Source of the DNA: Candidatus Lustribacter sp.
GTDB lineage: Bacteria > Vulcanimicrobiota > Vulcanimicrobiia > Vulcanimicrobiales > Vulcanimicrobiaceae
Direction: 5' to 3'
DNA length: 64,000 nt
Assembly (NCBI GenBank): GCA_965277805.1
Contig: OZ255842.1
Span: 1,696,001-1,760,000 of the forward strand
The notes beneath the pieces are model-generated. The model did no database searches, was not told where the DNA came from, and saw only the letters and a list, made by a program, of their open reading frames with translations. The number at the start of each line of letters is the position of its first letter. Positions within the stretch are counted from its first letter, which is position 1. The position numbers were made by a program, and so were the translations under genes. Shown one piece after another: positions 1-9,962 of the stretch.

Positions 1-1
1 G

Positions 2-754
2 ATCGCGACGTCACAGGCCCCGACACCATGGATCGCACTGCCGGTCTTCACCGCGCGCCGCTTCTTTCACACGCAGATCCTCGTGCGCAACGGTGCCGGC
101 ATCGAAATGCCGGCCGATCTCCGTGGCAAGCGGGTCGGCGTTGCGGAGTATCAGCAAACCGCCGCACTCTGGAGCCGTGGCATCCTCTCGGAGGAGTTCG
201 GGGTGCAGCCGCGCGAGATCGAGTGGTTCATGGAACGCACACCCGAGCAGAGCCACGGCGGGGCGACGGCGTTCGCGCCGCCGGAAGGGGTCACCGTGCA
301 CTCCGTTCCGCCGGACAAGAACGTCGGGCAGATGATTCTCGACGGCGAACTCGACGCGACCCTCGTGTACATCGCGCGCGGCGGCGCAATCGATCGCAGC
401 ACGATCGACCTCAAGCGCCATCCCGCTATGCGGCCGCTCTTTCCCGATCCGCGCGCCGAAGCGCAGCGCTACTTTGACAAGACCGGCATGTATCCGATTA
501 ATCATACCGTGATCATGCGTCGCTCCTTGGCTGACGCTAACCCCGCGTTGCTGCAACAGCTCTTCGACACGTTCGTCGCCGGGCAACGATGCGTAGAGTC
601 GGACCCCGATGCCGTCATCGCCCCCTTGACGTACGGCATCGCTGCTGCGCGGCCGGTGCTCGAAACGATCGCTCGCTATACGCACGAGCAGGGTCTGGCG
701 CGACGCCGCGTCGATTTGGCCGAGATTTTTGACGCGCGTCTGCTCGGCACGTAG
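2..754 (+). CDS. 4,5-dihydroxyphthalate decarboxylase-like protein (periplasmic-binding fold), 5' truncated by window
   Basis: Frame open from base 2: ALPVFTARRFFH..., DLRGKRVGVAEYQQTAALWSRGIL, YFDKTGMYPINHTVIMRR, typical of the OphC/Pht5-like family. Confidence 0.7.
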   Translation: MATSQAPTPWIALPVFTARRFFHTQILVRNGAGIEMPADLRGKRVGVAEYQQTAALWSRGILSEEFGVQPREIEWFMERTPEQSHGGATAFAPPEGVTVHSVPPDKNVGQMILDGELDATLVYIARGGAIDRSTIDLKRHPAMRPLFPDPRAEAQRYFDKTGMYPINHTVIMRRSLADANPALLQQLFDTFVAGQRCVESDPDAVIAPLTYGIAAARPVLETIARYTHEQGLARRRVDLAEIFDARLLGT

Positions 755-791
755 TCGAGGAGCGCCCCCGCGGTGAGCGAAAGGCGGTCGC

Positions 792-1898
792 ATGGCGACA
801 CTCACTGCAAAAGCACCCTACCGTGCCGATCAGGTCGGGAGCCTCATGCGCCCGGACGCGCTCGTCGAAGCGCGCAACGAATTCGAGGCCGGCAAACGCT
901 CCGCAGCCGATCTTCGCCGCGCCGAGGATGATGCGGTTCGCGCCGTCGTAGCAAAACAAGAAGCGCTTGGGTTTAAAGCCGTTACCGACGGCGAGTTCCG
1001 GCGCACCAGTTGGAATCGCGACTTCTTGTTGCGCTTTGAAAACATCGTGCTTGGACCCGGGCGCATCAAGCTCGGCACGGAGCAAAAGACGCCGACGTCG
1101 ACCGCAGTGACCGGCAAGATTTCCCGACCGCAGCCGATCTTCGTCGAGCATTTCGCGTTTTTACGTTCGGTCGCAACCGCAACGCCCAAACTCACGATGC
1201 CCTCGCCGACGATCGTGCATTTCCGCGGCGGCCGCGAGTCGATCGACCGCACTGCGTATCCGGGACTGGACGCCTTCTTCGACGATCTGGCGGCGGCTTA
1301 TCGCGAGGAAATCGCCGATCTCGCTGCTGCCGGCTGCCGCTACTTGCAGATCGACGACGTGAACTTCGCATATCTCTGCGATACCGATGTCGTCGCGCAA
1401 CTGCGCGCGACGGGCGACGATCCGCAAACGCTGCCGCACACCTACGCGAAGCTCATCAACGCGGCGCTCGCCGGCCGTCCGGACGACATGATGGTCGGCA
1501 TGCACGTCTGCCGCGGCAACGGTCCGACGGGCTGGGCCACGGGCGGTTACGAACCCGTCGCCGAGACGATCTTCAACGAGATCGATGTTGACACGTATTT
1601 TCTCGAATACGACGGTCCGCGTGCCGGCGGCTTCGAACCGCTGCGCTTCTTGCCGAAGGGCAAGAACGTCGTGCTCGGCCTCGTCTCGACCAAGACGGCC
1701 GCGCTCGAGTCGAAAGACGACCTCAAGCGCCGCATCGATGAAGCGGCCAAATTCGCGCCGCTCGAACAACTCGCAATCAGCCCGCAGTGCGGCTTCGCCA
1801 GTGCGTCGGGCAAGTCGGGCAATCGCCGCATGACCGAAGACGAACAATTTGCCAAGCTGCAACGGGTCGTCGACGTCGCGAGGGAGGTATGGGGCTAA
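792..1898 (+). CDS. Cobalamin-independent methionine synthase II family protein (single-domain MetE-like)
   Basis: RADQVGSL, TDGEFRR, Zn-ligand motifs HVCRGN, FLEYD, SPQCGFAS. Confidence 0.9.
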   Translation: MATLTAKAPYRADQVGSLMRPDALVEARNEFEAGKRSAADLRRAEDDAVRAVVAKQEALGFKAVTDGEFRRTSWNRDFLLRFENIVLGPGRIKLGTEQKTPTSTAVTGKISRPQPIFVEHFAFLRSVATATPKLTMPSPTIVHFRGGRESIDRTAYPGLDAFFDDLAAAYREEIADLAAAGCRYLQIDDVNFAYLCDTDVVAQLRATGDDPQTLPHTYAKLINAALAGRPDDMMVGMHVCRGNGPTGWATGGYEPVAETIFNEIDVDTYFLEYDGPRAGGFEPLRFLPKGKNVVLGLVSTKTAALESKDDLKRRIDEAAKFAPLEQLAISPQCGFASASGKSGNRRMTEDEQFAKLQRVVDVAREVWG

Positions 1899-2833
1899 CC
1901 CGTTATGCCGCTATCGCCTCGGCGGCCGCGGCGGCTGTAGCGACTGCGTACCGCCCCGCTAGCGCGCAGCGTGCGCCGATTCGCCTCGGCGCGGGAACCG
2001 GCGATGCGCACATGGAGCCGTTCTACGCCGAGACGCTCGGCGCGTTCAAGCGCGCGGGTCTCGACGTCACGATCACGACGTTTGCGAATCCGGCCGCGAT
2101 TGCCGAAGCGATGGCGGGCAGCGCGATCGACGTGGGCTTGAGCGATCCGCTCCAACTGGCCCAGGCCTCGTTGCGCGGCATTCCGTTCGCGTATTTTGCC
2201 GGCGGCACGCTCTTCTCGGTTACGACGCCGACACTCGTGCTGTGTTCGAGCAGCCAAGGCTCGATTCGCGCCGCCAAAGACCTCGAGCGCAAAACGATCG
2301 CGGTGCCTACCGTCCACACGTTCGTCGACATCTCCATCAGCGAATGGCTCAAGCAGGGCGGCGCGGATCCGTCCGGCGTGAAGTTTTTCGAAATGCACTA
2401 CGGTGAGGTACCGGCCGGGCTCGCCCGCGGCACGATCGATGCCGGACTCGTGGGCGAGCCGTTCCTCTCTGACGCAAAAACCAGCTTGCGGCAACTCGGG
2501 GTTCCATTCGCGGCGGTGGCCAAATCGTTTTACGTGGTGGCCTGGTTCGCGCGTCGCGATTGGCTGGCGGCAAATGCCGATCAAGCGCGTCGCCTCGCCG
2601 GCGTGTTTTACGACACGGCGCGCTGGGCGAACACGCATCAGAGCGATTCCGCCGCAATCGAGTCGACGCATCTCAAAATGGATCCGGCCCGGATCGCCAC
2701 GATGGCGCGGAATACGTTCGACACCAAGCTCGATCTCAGCCAAATCCAACCGGTCCTCGACGTCTCGACGCGTTACCAGCTGCTGCCGCGTCAAGTCGCC
2801 GCAACCGAAATCGTGATGCCGGGCTACGCTTAG
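1889..2833 (+). CDS. NitT/TauT (SsuA/THI5-like) ABC substrate-binding protein
   Basis: ATG at 1889 with GGAGG immediately upstream (spacing short); signal peptide ending ASA-Q; FKRAGLDVTI, DLERKTIAV, GTIDAG. Confidence 0.85.
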   Translation: MGLTRYAAIASAAAAAVATAYRPASAQRAPIRLGAGTGDAHMEPFYAETLGAFKRAGLDVTITTFANPAAIAEAMAGSAIDVGLSDPLQLAQASLRGIPFAYFAGGTLFSVTTPTLVLCSSSQGSIRAAKDLERKTIAVPTVHTFVDISISEWLKQGGADPSGVKFFEMHYGEVPAGLARGTIDAGLVGEPFLSDAKTSLRQLGVPFAAVAKSFYVVAWFARRDWLAANADQARRLAGVFYDTARWANTHQSDSAAIESTHLKMDPARIATMARNTFDTKLDLSQIQPVLDVSTRYQLLPRQVAATEIVMPGYA

Positions 2834-2844
2834 GGCGGAAAGCG

Positions 2845-3162
2845 CTACTGGCTAGCGGAGATGTGCAGGCCGATGCCCGATTGCGCGAGCGTGTCCGGCG
2901 CCGCGTTGGTCGGCGGCGCGTTACTTCCCGGCGCTTGCACGGACGTTCCGAGCGGGTTGGGCGCGTTCACCGCGTCGAGTTCGTGATCGGTGGTCGAGGC
3001 GCTAAACGTATGATCCGTGCTGCCGGCCACGGTCTGACTGAGCGGCAACGTGCTGGCCGTGCTATTGGTCGGCGATGCCTGATATGGCGCCGTCGACGAA
3101 CTGACGTATCTGTTCTCGACGAATGGGGATGTTGACGCCGGTGAAACAGCTCCGGTGCTCAT
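2845..3162 (-). CDS. Ser/Thr/Ala-rich hypothetical protein, probably leaderless
   Basis: 105-aa ORF filling the intergenic gap; sigma70-like promoter ends 6 nt before its ATG. Confidence 0.6.
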   Translation of the reverse strand: MSTGAVSPASTSPFVENRYVSSSTAPYQASPTNSTASTLPLSQTVAGSTDHTFSASTTDHELDAVNAPNPLGTSVQAPGSNAPPTNAAPDTLAQSGIGLHISASQ

Positions 3163-3168
3163 ATCGCC

Positions 3169-3197
3169 ATTTTAGACGACCGGGCCCGTTTTCGCAA
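3169..3197 (-). promoter_or_regulatory. sigma70-type promoter TTGCGA-N17-TAAAAT giving a leaderless mRNA
   Basis: -35 at 3197-3192, -10 at 3174-3169, ATG at 3162. Confidence 0.6.
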
Positions 3198-3245
3198 CAC
3201 GGCGCGCGGAAAGGGGTTCGCCGAGCGCGTTAGGCAGTACGCAGG

Positions 3246-3650
3246 GTGAACCGCCGGTCCTTGCTCGTCGCGCTATCCGCTTCCGCGGCGCTGGGTCTGC
3301 CAGCGCCGAGCGAGGCGGCAACGACGAAGGTGACGTTCGAAATCTCGAACCAGACCAGCACGGGCTTTCAAACCTACATCAAGAGCCTCGGTCAGGAATA
3401 TAGCGTACCGACGCCGCCGCGCGTCACGACGAAAGCGAGCGTCGATGCCGCGGACTTGATCCTGCTCCTCTTCGAGACCGGAGCGCACGGCGATAAGAAG
3501 CGCGCGTACAGCGTGAGCGTCCCCGAGGACGCGGGGAAGTCCCTGACGGTAAAGCTCGTCGCAAAGATGGACGAAAAAGGCGTGTTACTCGCGAGCGCCG
3601 AGGGCGCGAGCGTCGATGAGATCAACGTCCTCATCTACATGAATTCGTGA
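3246..3650 (+). CDS. Secreted hypothetical protein with Tat-type signal
   Basis: MNRRSLLVALSASAALGLPAPSEA. Confidence 0.7.
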   Translation: MNRRSLLVALSASAALGLPAPSEAATTKVTFEISNQTSTGFQTYIKSLGQEYSVPTPPRVTTKASVDAADLILLLFETGAHGDKKRAYSVSVPEDAGKSLTVKLVAKMDEKGVLLASAEGASVDEINVLIYMNS

Positions 3651-3704
3651 GGACAGGAGACCGCTTCGCTAGCTGACCGCAACTTTCGCGAGTACCTCAT
3701 TGCG

Positions 3705-4871
3705 GTGCTCTGCGGCAATGTCGGCGTCCAGATCGCGTTTCTCGCGATCAGCTGGCACATCTTCATCCTCACGCATCAGCCCTTCGATCTGGGGCTGATC
3801 GGCTTTACGATGTTCCTCCCGGCGCTGATCTTCGCGATTCCGTCGGGCATGATCGCGGATCGCTTCGACCGCCGGCTCGTCGTCACGATCGGACGCGCGG
3901 TCGAAGTGGCGTGCGCCGCGGCCCTACTGCTGCTCGTGACGGCGGGCGTCACAGCGGTTCCGCTCTACCTGGCGATCGTTGCCGTGCTGGGCTGCGAACG
4001 CGCCCTCGGGCAACCGTCGGAGAAGTCGTACCTGCGGAACATCGTCGACGCCGAACGTTACCTCAACGCGCAGGCCACGTACGCGTCGGGCCGCGAGATC
4101 ACGACGATCGTGGGACCGGCCCTCGGCGGCATGCTGATCGCGATCTCAACCAGCGCTGCGTTCGCGGCCTCGATCGTGCTGGCCATCATCTCGGCGGTTG
4201 CGTTCGCGTTGCTGCGCGTGCGGCATCAACTGCGCGCGCCCGAACCGCAAACGTGGGCAACCGCGCTCGCGGGACTCGCGTTCATCCGCTCGCGGCCGGT
4301 GATTCTCGGCGCGATCACACTCGATCTCTTGGCGGTGCTGTTCGGCGGCGCGACCGCGCTGATGCCGGTCTATGCGGCGACGATCCTGCACATCGGCCCG
4401 GCCGGTCTCGGCTACCTGCGTAGCGCACCCGCCATCGGCGCTGCCGCCGTCGCCGCGATCATTTCGCGCCGGCCGCCTCGCGAGCGCGTCGGCAAGCTAT
4501 CGTTCCTCTCGGCGGCCGGTTTCGGTGCGGCGACGATCGTCTTCGGTCTTTCGACGAACCTCGTACTCTCGCTGGCCGCCCTCGTCGTGCTGGGCGCCTT
4601 CGACGTGGTCGGCGGCGTGTTGCGCAACGGCTTCGTCCAACTCAACACGCCCGATGCGATGCGCGGGCGCGTTACGGCGGTGCAATCCGTCTTCACGACC
4701 ACCTCGAACGAACTCGGCGCGTTCGAATCGGGTTCGGTCGCCGCGCTGATCGGCACGGTCCCGTCCGTCGTTGGTGGCGGCATCGCGACGCTGCTCGTGA
4801 CCGCACTCTGCGCGCGGGTCTTTCCGCAACTGTGGCACGCCGACCGGCTCGAAGCCGCGGACGACGTTTAG
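3705..4871 (+). CDS. MFS transporter (true start probably upstream, about 3660-3670)
   Basis: Multiple TM helices; motif A GMIADRFDRR; PDAMRGRV; in-frame LADRNFREYL lies upstream of the first GTG. Confidence 0.9.
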   Translation: MLCGNVGVQIAFLAISWHIFILTHQPFDLGLIGFTMFLPALIFAIPSGMIADRFDRRLVVTIGRAVEVACAAALLLLVTAGVTAVPLYLAIVAVLGCERALGQPSEKSYLRNIVDAERYLNAQATYASGREITTIVGPALGGMLIAISTSAAFAASIVLAIISAVAFALLRVRHQLRAPEPQTWATALAGLAFIRSRPVILGAITLDLLAVLFGGATALMPVYAATILHIGPAGLGYLRSAPAIGAAAVAAIISRRPPRERVGKLSFLSAAGFGAATIVFGLSTNLVLSLAALVVLGAFDVVGGVLRNGFVQLNTPDAMRGRVTAVQSVFTTTSNELGAFESGSVAALIGTVPSVVGGGIATLLVTALCARVFPQLWHADRLEAADDV

Positions 4872-5170
4872 CGGCCGGCCTTGAGATTCTCGATGCGTGC
4901 GCGCAGATAGGCAAGCCAGCGTTCTTCTTCCATCGTGGTCACATCGAACGGCATTCCCAGCGCGGGAAAGAACATGACTTGGAAATCGGTCGTTGCGTGC
5001 TGGGCCGTTGGGATCGTAGCCGGATCGGGAAACAGCTCGAGTTCGCCATCGGGCAGACCGAGCCGATAGTCGCGCGAGACTGCTGGAAAACCAGCCGGTA
5101 CGAGCAGCTTGTTCGCTTCCGCGAGATCGTGAAGATGCTGTTTGCGCTTCTGCGCCGGCATTCGCTGCAT
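4868..5170 (-). CDS. Hypothetical protein
   Basis: ATG at 5170 with upstream GGAGG; stop overlaps the convergent MFS stop. Confidence 0.6.
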   Translation of the reverse strand: MQRMPAQKRKQHLHDLAEANKLLVPAGFPAVSRDYRLGLPDGELELFPDPATIPTAQHATTDFQVMFFPALGMPFDVTTMEEERWLAYLRARIENLKAGR

Positions 5171-5239
5171 CGGGGCCCTCCGTCCGCGCACGGGTTCGCT
5201 CGACAGGCGGGCCGCACATGCGCGTCGAGATACGTCCAG

Positions 5240-6196
5240 ATGAACCGGATCGATTTCACCCGTGCGCTTGCCGCCGGCGCGCTCAGCGCGGCAGCTGGTC
5301 CCGTGGCCGCGCAGAACGCGGCGCCCACGTCGATCCGCCTCGGCACGAACGCCAACGACGACATCACGCCGCTCTTATGGGCGCAGACCAGCGGAATGTT
5401 CTCGCGCGCCGGCCTGAAGGTCGATATTCAGAAATTCAACTCCGGTTCGATCGCGATCGCCGCGGTGATCGGCGGCTCGCTCGACATCGCGCGCGTGAGT
5501 CTCTTGCCGCTGATCAGCGCCCGCAGCCGCGGCATCTCGCTGCAGATCGTCGCGCCCGGCGAGATGTCGCTCTCGAGCGATCCGACCGAAGCGATCATCA
5601 CCCTAAAAGACGCGCCCTATGCATCCGGAAAGGATCTCAACGGCACGACGATGCCCGTTCCCGCGCTGCACGATTTCGATGAAGTCGTCACGCGCGCGTG
5701 GATCGATCACACAGGCGGCGATTCCAAGACCGTGAAGTTCATCGAGCTGCCGTCGTCGGCGGTTTTGCCCGCGCTTCAGCAAGGACGCATTTCCGCCGCA
5801 TTCATCACCAATCCGTATCTCACGAGCGCCATGCAGTCCGGCAAAGTGAAAAATATGGGTTCACCCAATGAGGCGATTGCCAAGCGCTTTCTGGTCACGT
5901 GCTTCTGCGCAAACGAAAGCTTCATCGACAAGAATCGCGACGCCATCCGCAAATTTGCCGACACGTTTCAGCGTTCCGCCACCTATACGAACGCCCACCA
6001 TGCCGAGACGCTGGCGATCTTCGCGCCGTTCTGGGGCGTGGATCCGGCATTGCTCAGCAACATGGTTACGACCAACACGGCCACCTCGCTGATCCCGAAA
6101 GAGATCCAGCCCTTGATCGATGCCGCTTTCCGTTACGGCGTGATCAAAACACCGATCGCGGCGAAGTCGCTGATCGCTCCGAGCGTGTCCTCCTAG
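5240..6196 (+). CDS. NitT/TauT ABC substrate-binding protein
   Basis: MNRIDFTRALAAG signal; FSRAGLKVDI, GGSLDI, DLNGTT; paralog of the other SBPs in the window. Confidence 0.85.
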   Translation: MNRIDFTRALAAGALSAAAGPVAAQNAAPTSIRLGTNANDDITPLLWAQTSGMFSRAGLKVDIQKFNSGSIAIAAVIGGSLDIARVSLLPLISARSRGISLQIVAPGEMSLSSDPTEAIITLKDAPYASGKDLNGTTMPVPALHDFDEVVTRAWIDHTGGDSKTVKFIELPSSAVLPALQQGRISAAFITNPYLTSAMQSGKVKNMGSPNEAIAKRFLVTCFCANESFIDKNRDAIRKFADTFQRSATYTNAHHAETLAIFAPFWGVDPALLSNMVTTNTATSLIPKEIQPLIDAAFRYGVIKTPIAAKSLIAPSVSS

Positions 6197-6558
6197 GCCT
6201 TCGCCATCGCGTTTGCGATGGCGGTAAGTAATCGCTCGGAGTCGACCGGCTTGTTGAGATACGCCTCGACGCCCAGGGCCAGCGCACCGCTGACGAACGA
6301 CTGATCGGACGTCGCCGAACAAACGATGATCTTGGCCTTGTGATCGATGCGCTTCAGCGCTTGAATCGCAACGATGCCGTTGTGACCGTCCATGAGCAAA
6401 TCCATGGTCACCACGTCGGGCCACTCCTCGCGGTAAACGCGGATTGCGTCCGCCGTCGAGCCGGCCTCAACGATATGGTAGCCGCGTTCCTCGAGCGTCC
6501 GTCTTAGGGTCGTTCGGGCAAGCGGCGTATCGTCAACGATCAGAACCAGCGGTCTCAT
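6193..6558 (-). CDS. Single-domain CheY-like response regulator
   Basis: VLIVDD, PDVVTMDLLM, YLNKP receiver motifs. Confidence 0.9.
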   Translation of the reverse strand: MRPLVLIVDDTPLARTTLRRTLEERGYHIVEAGSTADAIRVYREEWPDVVTMDLLMDGHNGIVAIQALKRIDHKAKIIVCSATSDQSFVSGALALGVEAYLNKPVDSERLLTAIANAMAKA

Positions 6559-6649
6559 CTACCATCCACACCTCACAGGATTCCTTGCACGGCGCCGGGG
6601 CCGTAACCTCGCGCGAGGATGCCGTCCGGCGCCGTACAAAGGGTCCCGG

Positions 6650-8425
6650 ATGACGATCAAACGGCGCGATGTCTTACTTCGAGGCGGTGGCCTCACCGCA
6701 GCCGCGCTGACCGGCGCGCAACTCGCAGCTCCGCCCGCAGCCGACGCACAGCCGGGACTCCCGCTGACGTGGCAGCATACGGCGGACGTCGTCGTGATCG
6801 GTTCCGGCGCATCGGGCACGCCGGCGGCGATCGCCGCGCGCGAAGCGGGCAATTCCGTGATCGTGATCGAGACCGAGAATCACCTCGGCGGTCACGGCAT
6901 CTGCAGCGGCGGAAACGTACCGCTCGGCGGTGGCACGAGTCTGCAAAAGAAATACGGCATCGTCGATTCACCCGAACTGCTCTATCGCGACCTTACCGAC
7001 TGGTCGGTGGTCGAGTCCAACGGTTTTCCCGACTACCGTTACAACGATCACGAAATCATCCGTGCCTTCGCCGACAATGCGGCGGCAACGTTCGAGTGGC
7101 TGATCGCGCACGGCGTCGTGTTCGTCGACAAAGCACCGGATACGCTCGGCGGTGAGGCGGTCGGCAATTCCGTACCTCGCGAAGCGCATGCGGCGGTGAT
7201 GAACTGGCCGACGGTGCAAACCGGCGCGCCGCTCGATCCGAGCATCCAGACGACGACCTCGTCGGGGAACGGCTTGCTGCGCCCGCTGCTCGCATCCGCC
7301 CAGAAGCTGGGTGTGCAGTACTTGATGCAGCACCGGTTCATGGCGTTGCACCGCGAAACCCCGCACGCCGGCCGTATCCTCGGCGTGGCGGCGACGCACG
7401 ACGGCAAGAGCATCAACGTGCGCGCGCTCAAGGCCGTGGTGCTCGCGACCGGCGGCGCAACCTCGAATATCAATTGGCGGCGCATGTTCGATCCGCGCTT
7501 GACTGAAGAATATTGTGGCGTGGCCGGCACCCCGTACTCGTATCAAGATGCCAGCGGCGAGATCGCCGGCCTGGCTGTGGGCGCGTCATTATGGGGAATG
7601 TTCAATCAGACCGGCGAGTTCGGTGACGGCATTACGAAGCCCGGATCGATCGGCAGCCAATTCGGCTACGTGAACTTACGCTGGATGCCCGGCAGTCCGG
7701 TATTCGACAGGGCGCACGCGACCGGGTTGCATGTGAGCGACTGGCAAGACGTGATCCTCGTGAACATGCTCGGCAAGCGCTTTTACGACGAGACGGCGCC
7801 GCAGTTTTCCGCCAACGACTACAAGACCGTCGATCCGTACACGCCGGGCAGCTGGCGGAATGCCAAGAACGAGAAGTACAATCCGCGCAACTTCCTCAAC
7901 GCCGCCATGGCCGGTATCGACGACGGGCACAACGGCGGCGGGCCGATCTGGGCGATCTTCGACGCCGACGCGGTGGCGCGCGAGAAGTGGGATCCGCGTC
8001 CTCCCAACACCGATAACGCCCGCGGCTTCTTCTTCCAAGCCGATACGCTGGCCGATCTGGCGCGCGCGATCAAGATGAAGTACCAGCGCTTGCCGATGTC
8101 GCCCGACGTGCTCGAAGCAACGGTGGCGCGCTTCAACAGCTTCGTCGATAGCGACGTCGACAGCGATTTCGATCGGCCGAAACCCGTCTACAAGATCGCA
8201 AGAGGCCCGTTCTATGCCGCATGGGCCACACCCGTGCTGCACGACACGCGCTCGGGTTTGCGCATCAACGGCAAGTGCCAAGTGCAAGACATGCACGGGA
8301 AGACGATCCCGGGACTGTATTCGTGCGGCGAGACTGCCGGCGGATTCAGCGAACACGGTCTCGCCCGCGCTACCTGCCAGGGCCGCATCGCCGGCTTGAA
8401 TGCGGGCGCCGAACCGCGTGCCTAG
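6650..8425 (+). CDS. Tat-exported FAD-dependent oxidoreductase (fumarate reductase/3-ketosteroid dehydrogenase flavoprotein family)
   Basis: KRRDVLL Tat motif; DVVVIGSGASG; VVLATGG; GLRINGKCQV..IPGLYSCGETAGG. Confidence 0.85.
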   Translation: MTIKRRDVLLRGGGLTAAALTGAQLAAPPAADAQPGLPLTWQHTADVVVIGSGASGTPAAIAAREAGNSVIVIETENHLGGHGICSGGNVPLGGGTSLQKKYGIVDSPELLYRDLTDWSVVESNGFPDYRYNDHEIIRAFADNAAATFEWLIAHGVVFVDKAPDTLGGEAVGNSVPREAHAAVMNWPTVQTGAPLDPSIQTTTSSGNGLLRPLLASAQKLGVQYLMQHRFMALHRETPHAGRILGVAATHDGKSINVRALKAVVLATGGATSNINWRRMFDPRLTEEYCGVAGTPYSYQDASGEIAGLAVGASLWGMFNQTGEFGDGITKPGSIGSQFGYVNLRWMPGSPVFDRAHATGLHVSDWQDVILVNMLGKRFYDETAPQFSANDYKTVDPYTPGSWRNAKNEKYNPRNFLNAAMAGIDDGHNGGGPIWAIFDADAVAREKWDPRPPNTDNARGFFFQADTLADLARAIKMKYQRLPMSPDVLEATVARFNSFVDSDVDSDFDRPKPVYKIARGPFYAAWATPVLHDTRSGLRINGKCQVQDMHGKTIPGLYSCGETAGGFSEHGLARATCQGRIAGLNAGAEPRA

Positions 8426-9962
8426 TCTGCGGGCGCTGTTCGCCTGCGCCCTCGTCGCGTTCCTCAACGTTGCGGCCGCCAACGCCGCGCCCGCAACGGA
8501 TCCGCTCATCGTGCAAACCGACAAGGGCTCCGTGCACGGAACGCTCAACGGCAACCTGCGCGTCTTCCTCGGGATCCCGTTTGCCGCGCCGCCGGTTGGG
8601 CCGTTGCGCTTTGCCGCGCCGAAACCCGTGCCGGCCTGGAGCGGCGTGCGCGACGCGACGCAGGCCGCGCCCGCCTGTCCGCAAGCCGGACCGCCGGCTC
8701 TGAATATGTCGGAAGATTGCCTCTACCTCAACGTCTGGGCGCCGGCCGGCGCGTCGAAGGCACCGGTCTACGTTTTCATTTACGGCGGCGGCTTCATCGG
8801 CGGGAATGCAGCCAAGTACGATGGTTCGCTGTTGGCGTCGACCAGCAAGATCATCGTCGTCACGTTGAACTACCGCATCGGCATCTTGGGCTTTCTCGCC
8901 AACAGCGCGCTCGCGAACGGCGGCTCGAGCACCGGCAACTACGGCATCGAAGATCAGCAGGCGGCACTGCACTGGGTGCAGCGGAACATCGGAAACTTCG
9001 GCGGCGAACCGCGCAACGTCACGCTCGGTGGCGAATCGGCCGGCGCCGTCAGCACCTGCGCGAACCTCGCGGCGACCCAATCCGCCGGCACGTTCGTGCG
9101 CGCGATCGTCGAGAGCGGGCCGTGCTCCGTTCCGCTGCCCACGGTCTCGAGCACGGAAAACGCACATGCGCCGCTCGTCGCACAGCTCGGCTGCACGGGT
9201 TCGGGGGCGGCAGTTGCGGCGTGTTTGCGCTCGCCGAATCTCACGGTGCAAAAGATTCTGGCCCTGCAGCAAACGCTGCCGCGCGGCGTGTTCTCACCCA
9301 GCATCGAAGGTGACGATATTCCGGTGCAGCCGCGCACCTATCTCGGGCGCATTCCGCTCTTGATGGGCGGCGATTTCCTCGAAGCGGGCTATACCGTGCT
9401 GCCGAAACCGCCCACGACGCCGGCGGCATATTTGGCCGCGCTGCAGAGCGATTACGGCGATCAAGCCGCGGCGATCGCGGCGCAGTATCCGTACGAGAAG
9501 TACCCGAGCGGCGGTATCGCGCTGGCAACGGTCGAGACGTCGTCAGCCCCGCATCCGGCGATCTCGATTTGCGGCAACGTCACGAGTTGGCGTCTCACGC
9601 GCGCGGCCGGCGGCGCGCCGATCTTCGCCTATGAATTCAACGATCCGGGCGGCTACGCGGTCAACGGCGTCACCGGTCCCGTGCACACCGCCGAATTGCC
9701 GTATCTCTTCCCCGGCGGCGACAGCGGCGGCGCGGACAAAACGCTTTCGCCTGCATCGAAGGCGCTATCCGCGACGATGCTCGGCTACTGGACGAACTAC
9801 ATCAAGAACGGCAATCCCAACGGACCGGGCTTACCGGACTGGCCCGTGTACAGCCTGGTCACCGATGTGCAGCAGCTGGTGCCGAACGCGGTCGCACCGG
9901 GAACCGATGTGAACGCTGAACACAAGTGCGCGTTCTGGAACTCGCTCGGCCGCTCGCTCTAG
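8418..9962 (+). CDS. Secreted type-B carboxylesterase/lipase
   Basis: FLGIPFAAPPVGPLRF, SEDCLYLNVW, GGGF oxyanion, GESAG nucleophile, HTAEL. Confidence 0.92.
   Translation: MPSLRALFACALVAFLNVAAANAAPATDPLIVQTDKGSVHGTLNGNLRVFLGIPFAAPPVGPLRFAAPKPVPAWSGVRDATQAAPACPQAGPPALNMSEDCLYLNVWAPAGASKAPVYVFIYGGGFIGGNAAKYDGSLLASTSKIIVVTLNYRIGILGFLANSALANGGSSTGNYGIEDQQAALHWVQRNIGNFGGEPRNVTLGGESAGAVSTCANLAATQSAGTFVRAIVESGPCSVPLPTVSSTENAHAPLVAQLGCTGSGAAVAACLRSPNLTVQKILALQQTLPRGVFSPSIEGDDIPVQPRTYLGRIPLLMGGDFLEAGYTVLPKPPTTPAAYLAALQSDYGDQAAAIAAQYPYEKYPSGGIALATVETSSAPHPAISICGNVTSWRLTRAAGGAPIFAYEFNDPGGYAVNGVTGPVHTAELPYLFPGGDSGGADKTLSPASKALSATMLGYWTNYIKNGNPNGPGLPDWPVYSLVTDVQQLVPNAVAPGTDVNAEHKCAFWNSLGRSL

Noticed and set aside
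755-791. SAM or cobalamin riboswitch before the MetE-like gene
   Set aside because: The gap is only 37 nt and has no riboswitch motifs.
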